NCBI GenBank assembly: GCA_950097015.1
Contig: CATNEN010000003.1
Span: forward strand, 13,206,001-13,270,000
Length of the DNA: 64,000 nucleotides
DNA from: Macrostomum hystrix
Taxonomy: Eukaryota; Animalia; Platyhelminthes
Direction of reading: 5' to 3'
Below the pieces are notes generated by a model. That model saw only the letters and a list, made by a program, of their open reading frames with translations. It was not told where the DNA came from and ran no database searches. Below, piece by piece: positions 39,001 through 49,462 of this stretch; position 1 is the first letter of the stretch, and the number at the start of each line of letters is the position of its first letter. Both the position numbers and the translations under genes were made by a program.

Positions 39001-42000
39001 ATGGGCAGAATTGCCTCCTTGCTGGCCTCGAGTCTAGTGTCACCAAATGTTTGGCCCATTGCCGGCAACTATAGTTACAGTAATTATAATCTTTATAGCA
39101 AGTATGGCACTGCTCTAGATTGATCGCACAGAGGGTTTAGGGCCCAGTTTCATCGGCAAACGGAGGGGTGCGTATTGGCTCGTACTTTGCTACTAATTAT
39201 TTTACTTCTATTTTACTACTAACAAAATATAATCCGTTGGTACTAACAGACTCGCTCCTCGGTGGTGTAGGAGAGGCTGAAGCCGCTGCCCACAAGCGCT
39301 TTGTCCGTGACAAAGCGGACCAGAACAGGGCCTTTCAGCTTGAAAGCCTTTTGAGTAGCATTTTGCTGGGTCAGGGTGAACCTCAGCTTGTTCGGCTGTG
39401 GTTCGTCGGCCTCCCAAGTCTCTTCATAAAGCTGAACAATGTCGTTGCCGTGCCCAATGTCCACAGATGTGAATCTGACGACAACAAAGTTGAGCCGTTT
39501 GATTGTCCACCTGTACTCCATGTCGCTCTCGTAGGTCTGGCCGGCCTCCTCAGGGCAGCTAATTGTGCCCGAGTCCCCGTTTATAGACGTCAGAGCTGAA
39601 ACAAATTTAATTGGATCAATCGTTAGCAACTAAGCTAGCAAAAAATATCTGTTTTTCACTGCGTCTTGAAAGCAAAAAATACGAACACAAATGGGTTACA
39701 AGTGCAAAAATATTCATCAACGCAAGTAATGCACGATAACTCAGAGATTCGAACTACAAACCTATTTTTTATAGAATGATCGGTTGAATCTCAACCCCTG
39801 CGGAACTCTTTGCATCTAATTAGGTGAGATATTTTTCGAACCTCGTTGTTCTTACCATTTCCGACTTGAAAAGTGAAGTTGAATAATTCACGAAGGATCT
39901 GAGGCGAATTCTTGCGATAGACCACCGTCAGAGGTCCATCATTTTTTACGATGCTGGCGTACTGGACCTGCTGGAGCGATCTGGAATCTGACAGACTAGT
40001 CGCTGCTCCTTTGAAGACAGCAACTGAGACTCCTGCTGTGCTGTATAGCTCCGGCAGGTAGAGTCGCACCGAGCGACCAGGACTGGCGGAAATGATCCAA
40101 GCAGCGGCCGCGCCGTCCGATTCGGTGAAGTTACCAGCGTTGAGCCACCTCAGTCCTCGGTAGCTCTTGATTACTTCAACGGCGACGCTGGAATCTGCGC
40201 AATGGACCAAGTTGTGCGATTGTTTGATTTTACAAATCGAAATGCAGCAAATTGGGTAGACTGCTAAGCCGTGGCAGGGCCAAGCTAAGGTTAGTTGCCT
40301 CCCGAGAACATAAGTGATTCTGCGAATTCTGTGATTGTCTCTTGACTCATTTGTTTTCGTTTCCGCTTGACTTCCTTCTCAAGCCGGGATTCATGTAGTT
40401 TAAATATATTTGTAACTGTAATAGAGGTCACTCAGCGAATTAGCTTGCACTTTAAGGTTTTGCAGTTTTAAAAGCCATCCGCCTGGACGGTGAGAGGCAG
40501 GGCGGTCTAACCAAGGTCCCTGAGCTCGATTCCAAGGCGAGGCTATACATTCATTTGGGATGCAGCAGCGGATGCTTGTAGTGCATTTACTCTCTCGAGG
40601 GCCAACCTCCAAGGCACATTTAAAGTACACAGCCTGACGATCAGAAAGTCAAGACAGATGTACGAGCGTGGGCCTGCGTATGTGCATGCATGTGTGCTCC
40701 TCAGGAGTCAGCGGAATTGGCAGAATTGCCTCCTCGCTCACAGGCTGCAGATCTAGTGTCACCAAATGGTGCCTTTACATGCAGCCTTCCTGGAATTATT
40801 ATTATTAAATTAATTTGTGATGATGGCATGTAGCAAAGGCTTGGTGCCTGTCACATAATTAGCGCCTATGAGGCTTAACACCAGGGCTCTGTGAGAGTGT
40901 ACACTGCGTAACGTGAGTGAAAGCGTAGGTGTATACACGCTGTTGAAGAAGTAGTGCACTAGCACCGAAAAAATATACAGTTTACAATCAAGAAGCCTAC
41001 TTTGTCACGGAATGCGTCACTCAAATCATTCAGCTCACCCGGCGATTGGTCAGCGGTGTACGTCAGCCGGAAGCCGCACTGCAGCCTGCTCTCCCCCCTG
41101 CCCGTCAGCCGAATGATTGCTGGACCCGACAACCGAAACTCAGACCCGATGGCGCTTGTGTCAGTGACGAGGAACCTCACAGCTGCCTCCGTCTCCAGTG
41201 TAGTGTTCTCGTACACTAGCAGCTTGTCATCGGAACGGAGACTCAGAGAAAGAAATCGGATGCTGAGCCTGTTGTGTCTGCTGATGTACCACCGGTAGTC
41301 GATGCCTCCGCCAGGCGCGGCAGCTGAGAACTCGATCTCGCCGCTGGGTTCCGAGCGGGACACTGTCGAAATAAATAGGAAATGATTTCTTTGAAATTTG
41401 GTTTGGGCAAATGAGATGAAAGTGAGATGAAAATCATCTGTGAACATTTTAATACCCACAAAATATGTTTTGCAACAACCTTCTAAAACATTCAACCAAT
41501 CGGCATGAAAATCCAGAAATGTTCCGCTGTATCCGATAAAACAACTTCCAGAATAATAAAACATGGCATCGTCGAGATATTGAACGAGTCTCGTCGGAGT
41601 GTCTTGTGGAAAAATCTACAAAAATTGACAAAAAATAACTGCTCACAAAATGTTATCATGTAACTACGTCGCCTATTATTGTTTAGTATATTGAATTGAT
41701 TATATTGTTTATCTTGTTACACTTTTGAACCGATATCGATTCGCCAAATAGGTTTATACAGAGCAATGTTATTTGCTTGTCACCAGGGTCTTCGACAAGA
41801 ATCGCTGAACATCTGGACGATGCTGGCTCGTACGGCTTTGAAAGTTAGTACATGGTAAAGGGCGTAAAATTTAGATTCAGATGGTGGACGATAGTTTGGG
41901 AGCTATCGTGAAGTTGGCAGTCCTGTGGTTCTTCCCCAGTGGAACAGTAGCGTTTTTTTCTACTGTTAATCCCTCGATTTGGTCCAATTAATTTTAGAGG

Positions 42001-44102
42001 TACAAAGAAGCTCACCGTTCGACAATGTGTACGTGAACCTCAATCCTCTTGAAGCTGAAATTGAGCCGGACCGAAGCAGCACAGTGACAAGACCTGTTGC
42101 TCGCACCGTCCTCCTTTTGCCCAGTTGGCCAGTTTGACTGAAGATCGGCAGTTCGCTCAGACCGGGTTCGACTCCTGTGTACACACTGACTGTATCTCCA
42201 TGGGGTTGGCTGCCCTCGCCATCGAACAATTGCAGCTCCATTGTCTGCTGTGGGTTCACTTGAAACGACCAAGCTCTCGAGGAGTTGGCTGCGCTCGAGC
42301 TTTGATTGCAGACTCGCTCGCCTGTTGCACTTCTGACAAATTCTGTCGGAATCGAGTATTCTAAAATAGGAATATCGTTTTCATTAGCTTTCAATTACAA
42401 GTTGTGTATGCGTAATTTATACTACGAGCGTAATTCTGAGGTCTTTGTTTTACCTCCATCATCCATTCGGTACTCTATGCTGAAGAGCTTTTTCATTGGC
42501 CTTGAAGTGACTCGCAGCAGCACCGGACCGAATAGTCCGAACTCCGACATTGACTCTCCTTGCTTCGGTTCGTCAGTGAATACGGGCTCTCTGTCTACCT
42601 TTGTTGTCATTTGATAGACTCGAATTTGTTCAGTATAGTGCAACTTCACATAGATTTTGCCAGGTCTATCGATCGACCATTGGTAGTCAACCTCAAACTC
42701 GGATCTACTATTGTTGGTTTCGTCGGATGAGCAGATCGCCATATCACTTGGAGCAGAGAAGGACCTCATCTGAACTGAAAATTAAAGTGTAAGGCTTTCA
42801 TATCAGAACACTGACTCTTCGTAAATACGAGTACCTGTAACCAAATCAGATTAGCACTGGCGCACTCAGATTGTCCACAAACGTGTAGGTCAAGTTGAAT
42901 CCTTTAAATGTGACACTGCCATCGGTTGTAAACTTGATCAGTACCGGAGCCCACAGTCCAAACGCTATTGACGAAGCATTGTGAGATTCTATGCGAAACT
43001 TTGCAGCTCTCGAAAACGACTCGTTGACACTCTCCGTCATCTCAAACAGCTCCAAACGATCAAACGTTGCCTCTACTTCCACAAAGTGGAATTTAATCAT
43101 GACGGCTTGCGGACCTCGGATTGTCCAGTTGTACACCCGCGAGCTGGCGTACGAGGCGTCCGGCTGGCCGAAATTCTCGGGGCATTGAATTTCTCCCGAG
43201 CTATCTGAAATATCCAATCGATTTTTTGAGGACCACCGTCCAACATTGCCCTTTTTATCCCCGTGAATAGCATTGTAAATGTGGCATTCCCTTTTCGACC
43301 CATCCCACTACAACAAGAGGTAACCAAGTGTTTCGACACTAAGACGCAAATAAAATCAACCCAACAAGATCAACGACAATTAAGCATACAGAAGTGGTTT
43401 GTTCAGGATTTTACACGACTTCGTTGCTTGACATTTCCTTAAATGTACGAGCTACTAAAGCAATCGTTGCAAAACCAATTGGAAGCTATGCAACACGTGC
43501 TGAACCATGATCGGTATCGCTTTAAACTTGCAGCTTCCTTAGATTCGTAGCGCTGTACTGTACGTTTACCCTAAACATTTATTCGCATTTCATGATGTCT
43601 AATACGAATCCACCAAGCAACCTTAACAACATTATCGATTGAATTTATGGAGTCCAAAGATACGTTTTTAGAATGAGGACATAAAGACTGCTGAACACAG
43701 AGTTTAAGAATCACAATTAGCGGTTTTTGGGACACATAAGCACAGCTACGTAGCAATGAAGATTTTTTCTCTCTAGAAATGACACCTTTAAAGAGCCATC
43801 ATTTTCGTTTAGGCCAACTTCTAGCTAGGCCTAGCTAGCCTAAATACTTTGCGCAGCTCAACCACAGTACACCATCGCCTACTCTGAAAACCAATCAGTC
43901 ACCACCAACCAACGCTGTTAGCATTCAGGCGCTGTTTAAAAATTTCAGGTGGCCCCTCTTGGTAAATGTCGTGCATTTAATAGTCCTGCTTTTTTGCTAA
44001 TGTAATTTTGTTGATCCCGAAACTGCTCAAGAAAAACTCACCCGCGGCCCGGACGGTGGCAGCTGCAAAGCAGAATATTAGGACAAGAGGCAGCGAACCC
44101 AT
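27093..44102 (-). CDS. Large secreted multi-CUB-domain (cubilin-like) protein, ~23 CUB-like exons, roughly 2600 aa
   Basis: Signal-peptide exon 44102-44042 (MGSLPLVLIFCFAAATVRAA). Phase-1 exons of ~310-390 nt follow: 43204-42866, ~42769-42454, 42360-42016, 41362-41039, 40194-39856, 39595-39248, 38701-38363, 36977-36648, 35664-35329, 35173-34796, 34718-34362, 34183-33836, 33744-33358, 32761-32411, 32189-31845, 31733-31407, 30938-30588, 30420-30076, 29363-29052, 28976-28626, 28509-28159, 28065-27718, 27566-27225. A short terminal exon lies at 27121-~27093. Domains show SG.I.xP...Y....Y.W.I, D.I.LYE and GPVLIRF.TD.S....GF...Y. Confidence 0.85.
30988..31360 (+). mobile_element. tRNA-derived SINE (family A)
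   Basis: ggggcagagcggttatcgcg...gttcgattcc head, family A body, attatt tail; intronic. Confidence 0.85.
32890..33213 (-). mobile_element. tRNA-derived SINE (family A)
   Basis: Reverse-complement match to the family A head and body. Confidence 0.8.
35770..36622. mobile_element. hAT MITE (same family as 978-1887, opposite orientation) with G-rich internal minisatellite (cagcactggggggcgt)n
   Basis: Right end ...gattaggggggccgcggccaccccttgcccccctggctacgaccctg is the reverse complement of the 978 element's left end. The other terminus was not found. Confidence 0.75.
37245..38121. mobile_element. Charlie-like hAT MITE with purine-rich internal satellite (gagatgagacagggga)n, inserted in a family A SINE
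   Basis: TIRs caggggttggcaaact / agtttgccgacctctg. SINE A sequence lies on both sides (~37180-37244 and ~38122-38295). Confidence 0.82.
38780..39090 (+). mobile_element. tRNA-derived SINE (family A)
   Basis: B-box region plus family A body. Confidence 0.8.
40485..40810 (+). mobile_element. tRNA-derived SINE (family A), diverged
   Basis: Head ggcagggcgg...gagctcgattcc, family A body, (att)n tail. Confidence 0.78.
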
Positions 44103-44429
44103 TGCTGGCTGCTGCTTTCAGTTGGCTAGAGAATTTCTTGAAGTTTTTATGGTACATTTATACTCGATTAGCCGCTGGATCGCTCCGGAAAATTCCTGCT
44201 GTTTGTTTATAAATTTACAATCCAGGCCTGAGTTTTCTAAGCAAAAGTGTTTTCACCAACTTGCTTGATAAAGAGCCATCGGAGATGGTCTATTGAGATT
44301 TCTGGTGCCACCAAGGCCGATACTCCCTTCTATCAAAAGATCTAAAAGTGTCTTAAAAGGAAGATATTTTATCTGCGATAAGAGTTTGTTATGCAGCGAG
44401 CCACTGCCTATGGGTCTATTGGTGTCTCA

Positions 44430-45230
44430 CTAGCTGTCAGTGTCCCACCTGCTAGGTAGCTTCTCTCCCGCTGCCAGGGATGAGTCATCAACTCTTTGTC
44501 CTCCCTGCCCCCTTTCTTGTCTCAGTCATCACGTGTTTCTGTTTGGTCTACTTTCTAAGTTTCTGACTTAGCTATCTTAGGTGCTATCGGTGTTCGAGTT
44601 CCCTGCATCTGTCTCGGTGAGAGTGACTGCTCGCAAGCTCCGTTCTGGCTAAGTCCCGAAATTAACTTCGCCTTCCATTTCCCCGCGAGAGGTACGCAGG
44701 ACTCTGACACTGACTATCTGCGCCTGGAAATCTGCATGGTGTGCGACTCTCGAGACTTCGTGACCTCATCCTTCCTTCAAGAGGCCAAGGACTCTTTACC
44801 TCATCGAAGGCAGAAGACCTGATGCCCTGGTGGCAGCACTACTACGCTACATTCGAATTATAAGACTTCACATTGGAGTCTATAAGACTTAGAAATCTGA
44901 AAGGAACTCGAGAGAGCTCCAGGTCAAACTGGGGTAAACTTGGCAACAGTCGAGAGGCCAAGCACGTGAAAGCAGCAAGCGCCGGAAAAACAGAGAGGTC
45001 ACATGAAGATATGCCTATAGGACCCCCATTAATTACAGCGCAAACTTGAACTGGACCGACAGCAACCTCGGAACCGGCCCGCTGAGGAGACCGAAACGGA
45101 GCCGGCCTGTACCACACCTGGAGACGAGGACTGGAGAAGACCTGGACCGCACACAATGACCCGATCGAGGAGAGGGAGAGGAGTTGGTGTGCCTACCAAC
45201 TAAACATTTGGCGCTGTGCTAGGCTCGGGG
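44430..45230 (+). mobile_element. Possible LTR remnant with primer-binding site
   Basis: GC-richer block ending ...taaaca (45206), followed by tt-TGGCGCTGTG (tRNA-Ser-type PBS pattern). The left boundary and TSD were not established. Confidence 0.35.
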
Positions 45231-46665
45231 CTGTGACCTCAATCTTCACAAAACGTCTTACGTAACGTTGCCAATAATTTTACACCAGCCCGGAAAGGAG
45301 GGGTTCGATATGAAAATATAAGGCAGAGCAAGGCGCGAATGCTCCGACTGTACCTCGATTCTTAGAGAGCTGGTTTTTGAGCTCCATTAGGTTAGCTAAT
45401 TAGACAATATACTGTGTTTTTGTTCTTTCTTGGTCTGATCTCCGATCACCGAGGTTAAAGATCCAAAGAGATAGCAACTATCAGTCGTGATACTGAGGAT
45501 CGATAGTCGTTAGTAGTTATAGCCTTTAAGTCATCGAGACTGCCACAAAACCGCTAGACTACATATAGGAAGACACAAAGCTGAAGACAAAACTTGAAGA
45601 GCTTTAGAGTCTACCGGATCCCGCAGTGTTCAGCAGCACAGCCAGTACAACAGTTACAAAGTTAAAAAAAACTGCACTCATTAACACGAATTTATTTGAA
45701 CTCTGCTTTTTCTGAGTCGTTTTCTGAGCAACCGCGTCTTTTATAAAGGAGGAGTGCAGTAGGTCGTCGGCGAGGCGTCATAAGCCTGGGGCGCAGAAGT
45801 GGACAGAAAACTTAAAGGGGCTTGTATTCATGGTGCCATTTGCGTCCATGAGGGCCAACCCCCAAGGTACGAGCGAGAGTGTACTTATACAACACTGCTT
45901 GATGTATAATATGAGACATTCATTAGGTACAATCGCAATAAACCGCTGTTTAGCTTTTCTTCTGTCTCTTTGTTTACACTCACCTTAAATAAACTTAAAT
46001 AACGAAAATAGCTGTCTAACAAGAATAAATTGGTTGGCAGCGTGGTGTCTTTCTAATTAAACTGCCACTCAATTAAGGCCTGGATCTTTGCCAGTTCGTG
46101 AGAGTTTTCTGCTGCGAGAATTGGCTCGACCCTTTGATGATACCGCACGCTCTTGTTGTATAGATCTCAGACCATCTGGTCGAAACGTGTCTTTGCCATT
46201 GAAAACCTGAGACTCAGTGACAAATCTTATATTTACAAAGATGGTTACAAAGATTATTTGCATGTATAGCTACCTCAGTCACATTTTAGACAGTCCTTGT
46301 TCAAACTTTGTACCAGAATAATAATTTGCATAGATGGCCAATCTAACTCGATGGAACTGGCGTAGCCTAGTCTGCGATAGCAGCGGGTGTCACTAGGTAA
46401 ATGTCATCCAGTGCAGATTCTTTCCTGATTAAAGATGCTTAGATTTGCAAAGATTTTGCCATTTTATTTACCTTTTAAACATCAAAACCACTTAACTTAT
46501 AGCTGCACGCTTTGTTTCGTTGTCAATGATTTAGAGTTTGTTCTGCTGGGGGTGTTTTACGAACCAAAGTTCAATCTTAAGATCAAACTTAGGATTGAGT
46601 TTAGGATCGACGTGTTCTATGAAGATAGAAGTCGATCTTAGCTGGGATCCAACTTAAGTCTGACC

Positions 46666-46723
46666 CACAGATACTATAATAACACAGTTATTATAGTATA
46701 ACACAGTTATTATAGTATCTGTG
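46666..46723. mobile_element. 58-bp minimal MITE (P-like CA...TG)
   Basis: Perfect 18-bp TIRs cacagatactataataac / gttattatagtatctgtg; perfect 8-bp TSD gtctgacc (46658-46665, 46724-46731). Confidence 0.85.
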
Positions 46724-47063
46724 GTCTGACCTAAGGGAAGATAAGATCGAACTTACGACTGGTGCGTTTTATCAAGAGAGACTGTCTATGACCAAAACTG
46801 TCATGGTCGATCTTAACTTTAGGACACATCTAGAGTTGTCATAAGTTTCAAGTCGCCATCTGAACAGCGGGAGCCGATCTTTTGGAATAAAATGTTTGCC
46901 GTACGACCGAGAGGCAAAGGATTCCTCGGGTTACAGGTTAGTGATAATGATATTTTATTCTTTCAATATATCATGAAATGATATTGTAAACTTCAATGCC
47001 ATTTGTCAACTTTAGTAGCGATACGTTGGCCCTTGACGATGGTGAACTACTGAAGCGCTACAG

Positions 47064-47595
47064 CAGGGGTCGGCAAACTTATTAGCGTGCGGGCCACGGA
47101 CAGAACCTAAAAGACGACAGCGGGCCGCATTAACTGTAGGAATATGAGAAATGGGAGAAATGAGACACAGGATAAATGAGACAAGGGAGCTAGGGATAAG
47201 ACAGAAAAAATAAGACAGGGGAGAGATGAGACAGGGGTGAGATGAGACAGAGAATAGAAAAGACAGGGGAGAGACGAGATAGAGAAGGGATAACACAGGG
47301 GAGATATGAGACAGGGGCGAGATGACACAGCGAAGAGATGACACAAGGAAGAGATAAGACAGGGGAGAGATTGACAGGGGAGAGACGAGACAGGGAAGAG
47401 ATGAGACACAGGAGAGATGAGACACAGGAGAGATGAGTCAGGGGAGCGATGAGACACAAGAGAGATAAGACACAGGAAAGATAAGACAGGGGAGAGATCA
47501 GATAGGATACTATAGGTGTTGGAAGGGGCAAGGGGCCGGATTTGGGAGCTTCGAGGGCCGCATCTGGCCCGCGGGCCGGAGTTTGCCGACCCCTG
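47064..47595. mobile_element. Charlie-like hAT MITE (same family as 37245-38121)
   Basis: TIRs caggggtcggcaaact / agtttgccgacccctg; perfect 8-bp TSD cgctacag; degenerate gagacagggga interior. Confidence 0.9.
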
Positions 47596-49462
47596 CGCTA
47601 CAGGTTCCCCAGAGTTGTCATTGTGGATCTATTGAACCAAATGATACCTGCACTGGAGTCTAAGACAAAGAGAAGTCATGCCATACCCACACTCCTGAAG
47701 ATCTGTCTACTATTACACCAGAAATCCTAGCGATGATTTTTCTTATCCTAATGCATTGACAGAGCTCTAAGAAAGCTTCAATGGCCGGGAGTTAATCGAG
47801 TCTTAACCCAAAGGGAGATTCAATTAACGCCCTAGTGCTTGATTTACGAATTATATTGACGAAGGTTTTATAATCCACAAAGACGATAACAAACAATCAG
47901 CATCAGTGTTAAGCTCTTTAAAGTCTTGCTATAAGGCTCATCACCATATTTGTATACATGTTGACAGTAAAAATGAGTCTTTGAAAAATTGATTAAGTCG
48001 TCAGCTACCTCACTTAATGATATAATGTTTTAGTACACTCAGGTCAATGAGGCAGGTAGGCTATATTTTTTGTCGTCTTCAGCCTAATTATCAGTGAAGT
48101 CAAAACAGCTTTCTGGTATTGTACTACGTACTGTTTTATCTGAGAAATTATACATTCAAATTACAAATTTAATTTGTATGCATATAAAAAGTGCACACAA
48201 AAACGACGCACTAGATAATTTTTCAGCCCGTTTTTAAACATAAATTTGCTTGTCTTGTTATACCACTTTACAACGTGTTCGTAATTTAAAATAGTTGCAA
48301 AACTTAAATTGCCGGTCCTAGAAATCGAAATATAGCAAACTTTTATATCGAAGCTTTAGATTAATTTGATCGGTAATAATGCGTTATTCGCTATTTGATG
48401 AAATGTAAGAATGCATTGATTGTTGAATATTGCAGGATTTAAAAAAACTATGCTGAGAGCTCAAGAGTGATTTTTTAGAATTAAGTTTAAAAAAATTCTT
48501 AAAGTTATAGTCAACAGTAATTAATTGTACAACAGTACTACTGTACTGGTAAAGTTGTGGCCGCTAAGCCTGCAATGGGCAGGCCTACCCTCTACTCTAA
48601 GTCGACGTGTGCTGCTACTACTTCATTTTTTATAAATAGCTGTAGCCTTAAAATCAAATCGAATCAGATTTTAATGACTAAATCTAATCTCTGCACCCAA
48701 GGACTAGGACTACCCAGGTTTTTTAGCTACTATCGGCATCAGGAAAAAGGCTATCCATTATCACCAATCTCATTATTGGTGTAGTGGTTGGTTATTAACT
48801 ATTGTCAGGGGCCTACTATTAGTTTATTTTTCCTCTACCATTATACTATAGTTTTTTTTCTAATCCGTTTTTAGATACTATTATACTGTATATGGTCATA
48901 TGGAATGGCTGGGATGGGGCCAAAATGTTTGTTCTATTATTGCATTCCATCCTATTGTATGTCAAGGTGCTGCATGATACACTCTGATGTTAGCTACATA
49001 GTCAGGATATGTTCAGTATGTAACGTATGTAAGGGTATGTTCCATATTTTTTCCTTGGCTTGGTAACCTTGTTTGTGCCATGTGCAAAATTATTTTCCTC
49101 TGTAGTATGTGCTTGCATTAAAGTATAATATAAAAAAGATGTGGAGCTCATAAAAATATTCTGGTATACATGATTTAACCTTCTATGTTTCAATTCTCAG
49201 AATATAAGGTCTACTACATTTAGCCAATCATAAAATTCTAAATATTAAAGCTTAGCAGCTTTTTTTGTAATTTTGAAATGAAAATAAATTTTCTGCTTTT
49301 AAGCTAGCTAACTAGCTGGTTTAGCAAAAGCCAAAAATTGAAGTAATTATTGTAAATATTTCATTTATATATTAGTTTATAATACTTAAAGATAATTACA
49401 TTACTAGTAGTTATAGCCTTTTGATTTTACTTTTACTTTTGCTCATTCTTTAAACATTTCAG

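Noticed and set aside
38900-39010. Hammerhead ribozyme-like CTGA(T/C)GA...GAAA...GTC in SINE family A
   Set aside because: No stem II pairing or stem III can be formed around the core. The segment folds more simply as one hairpin.
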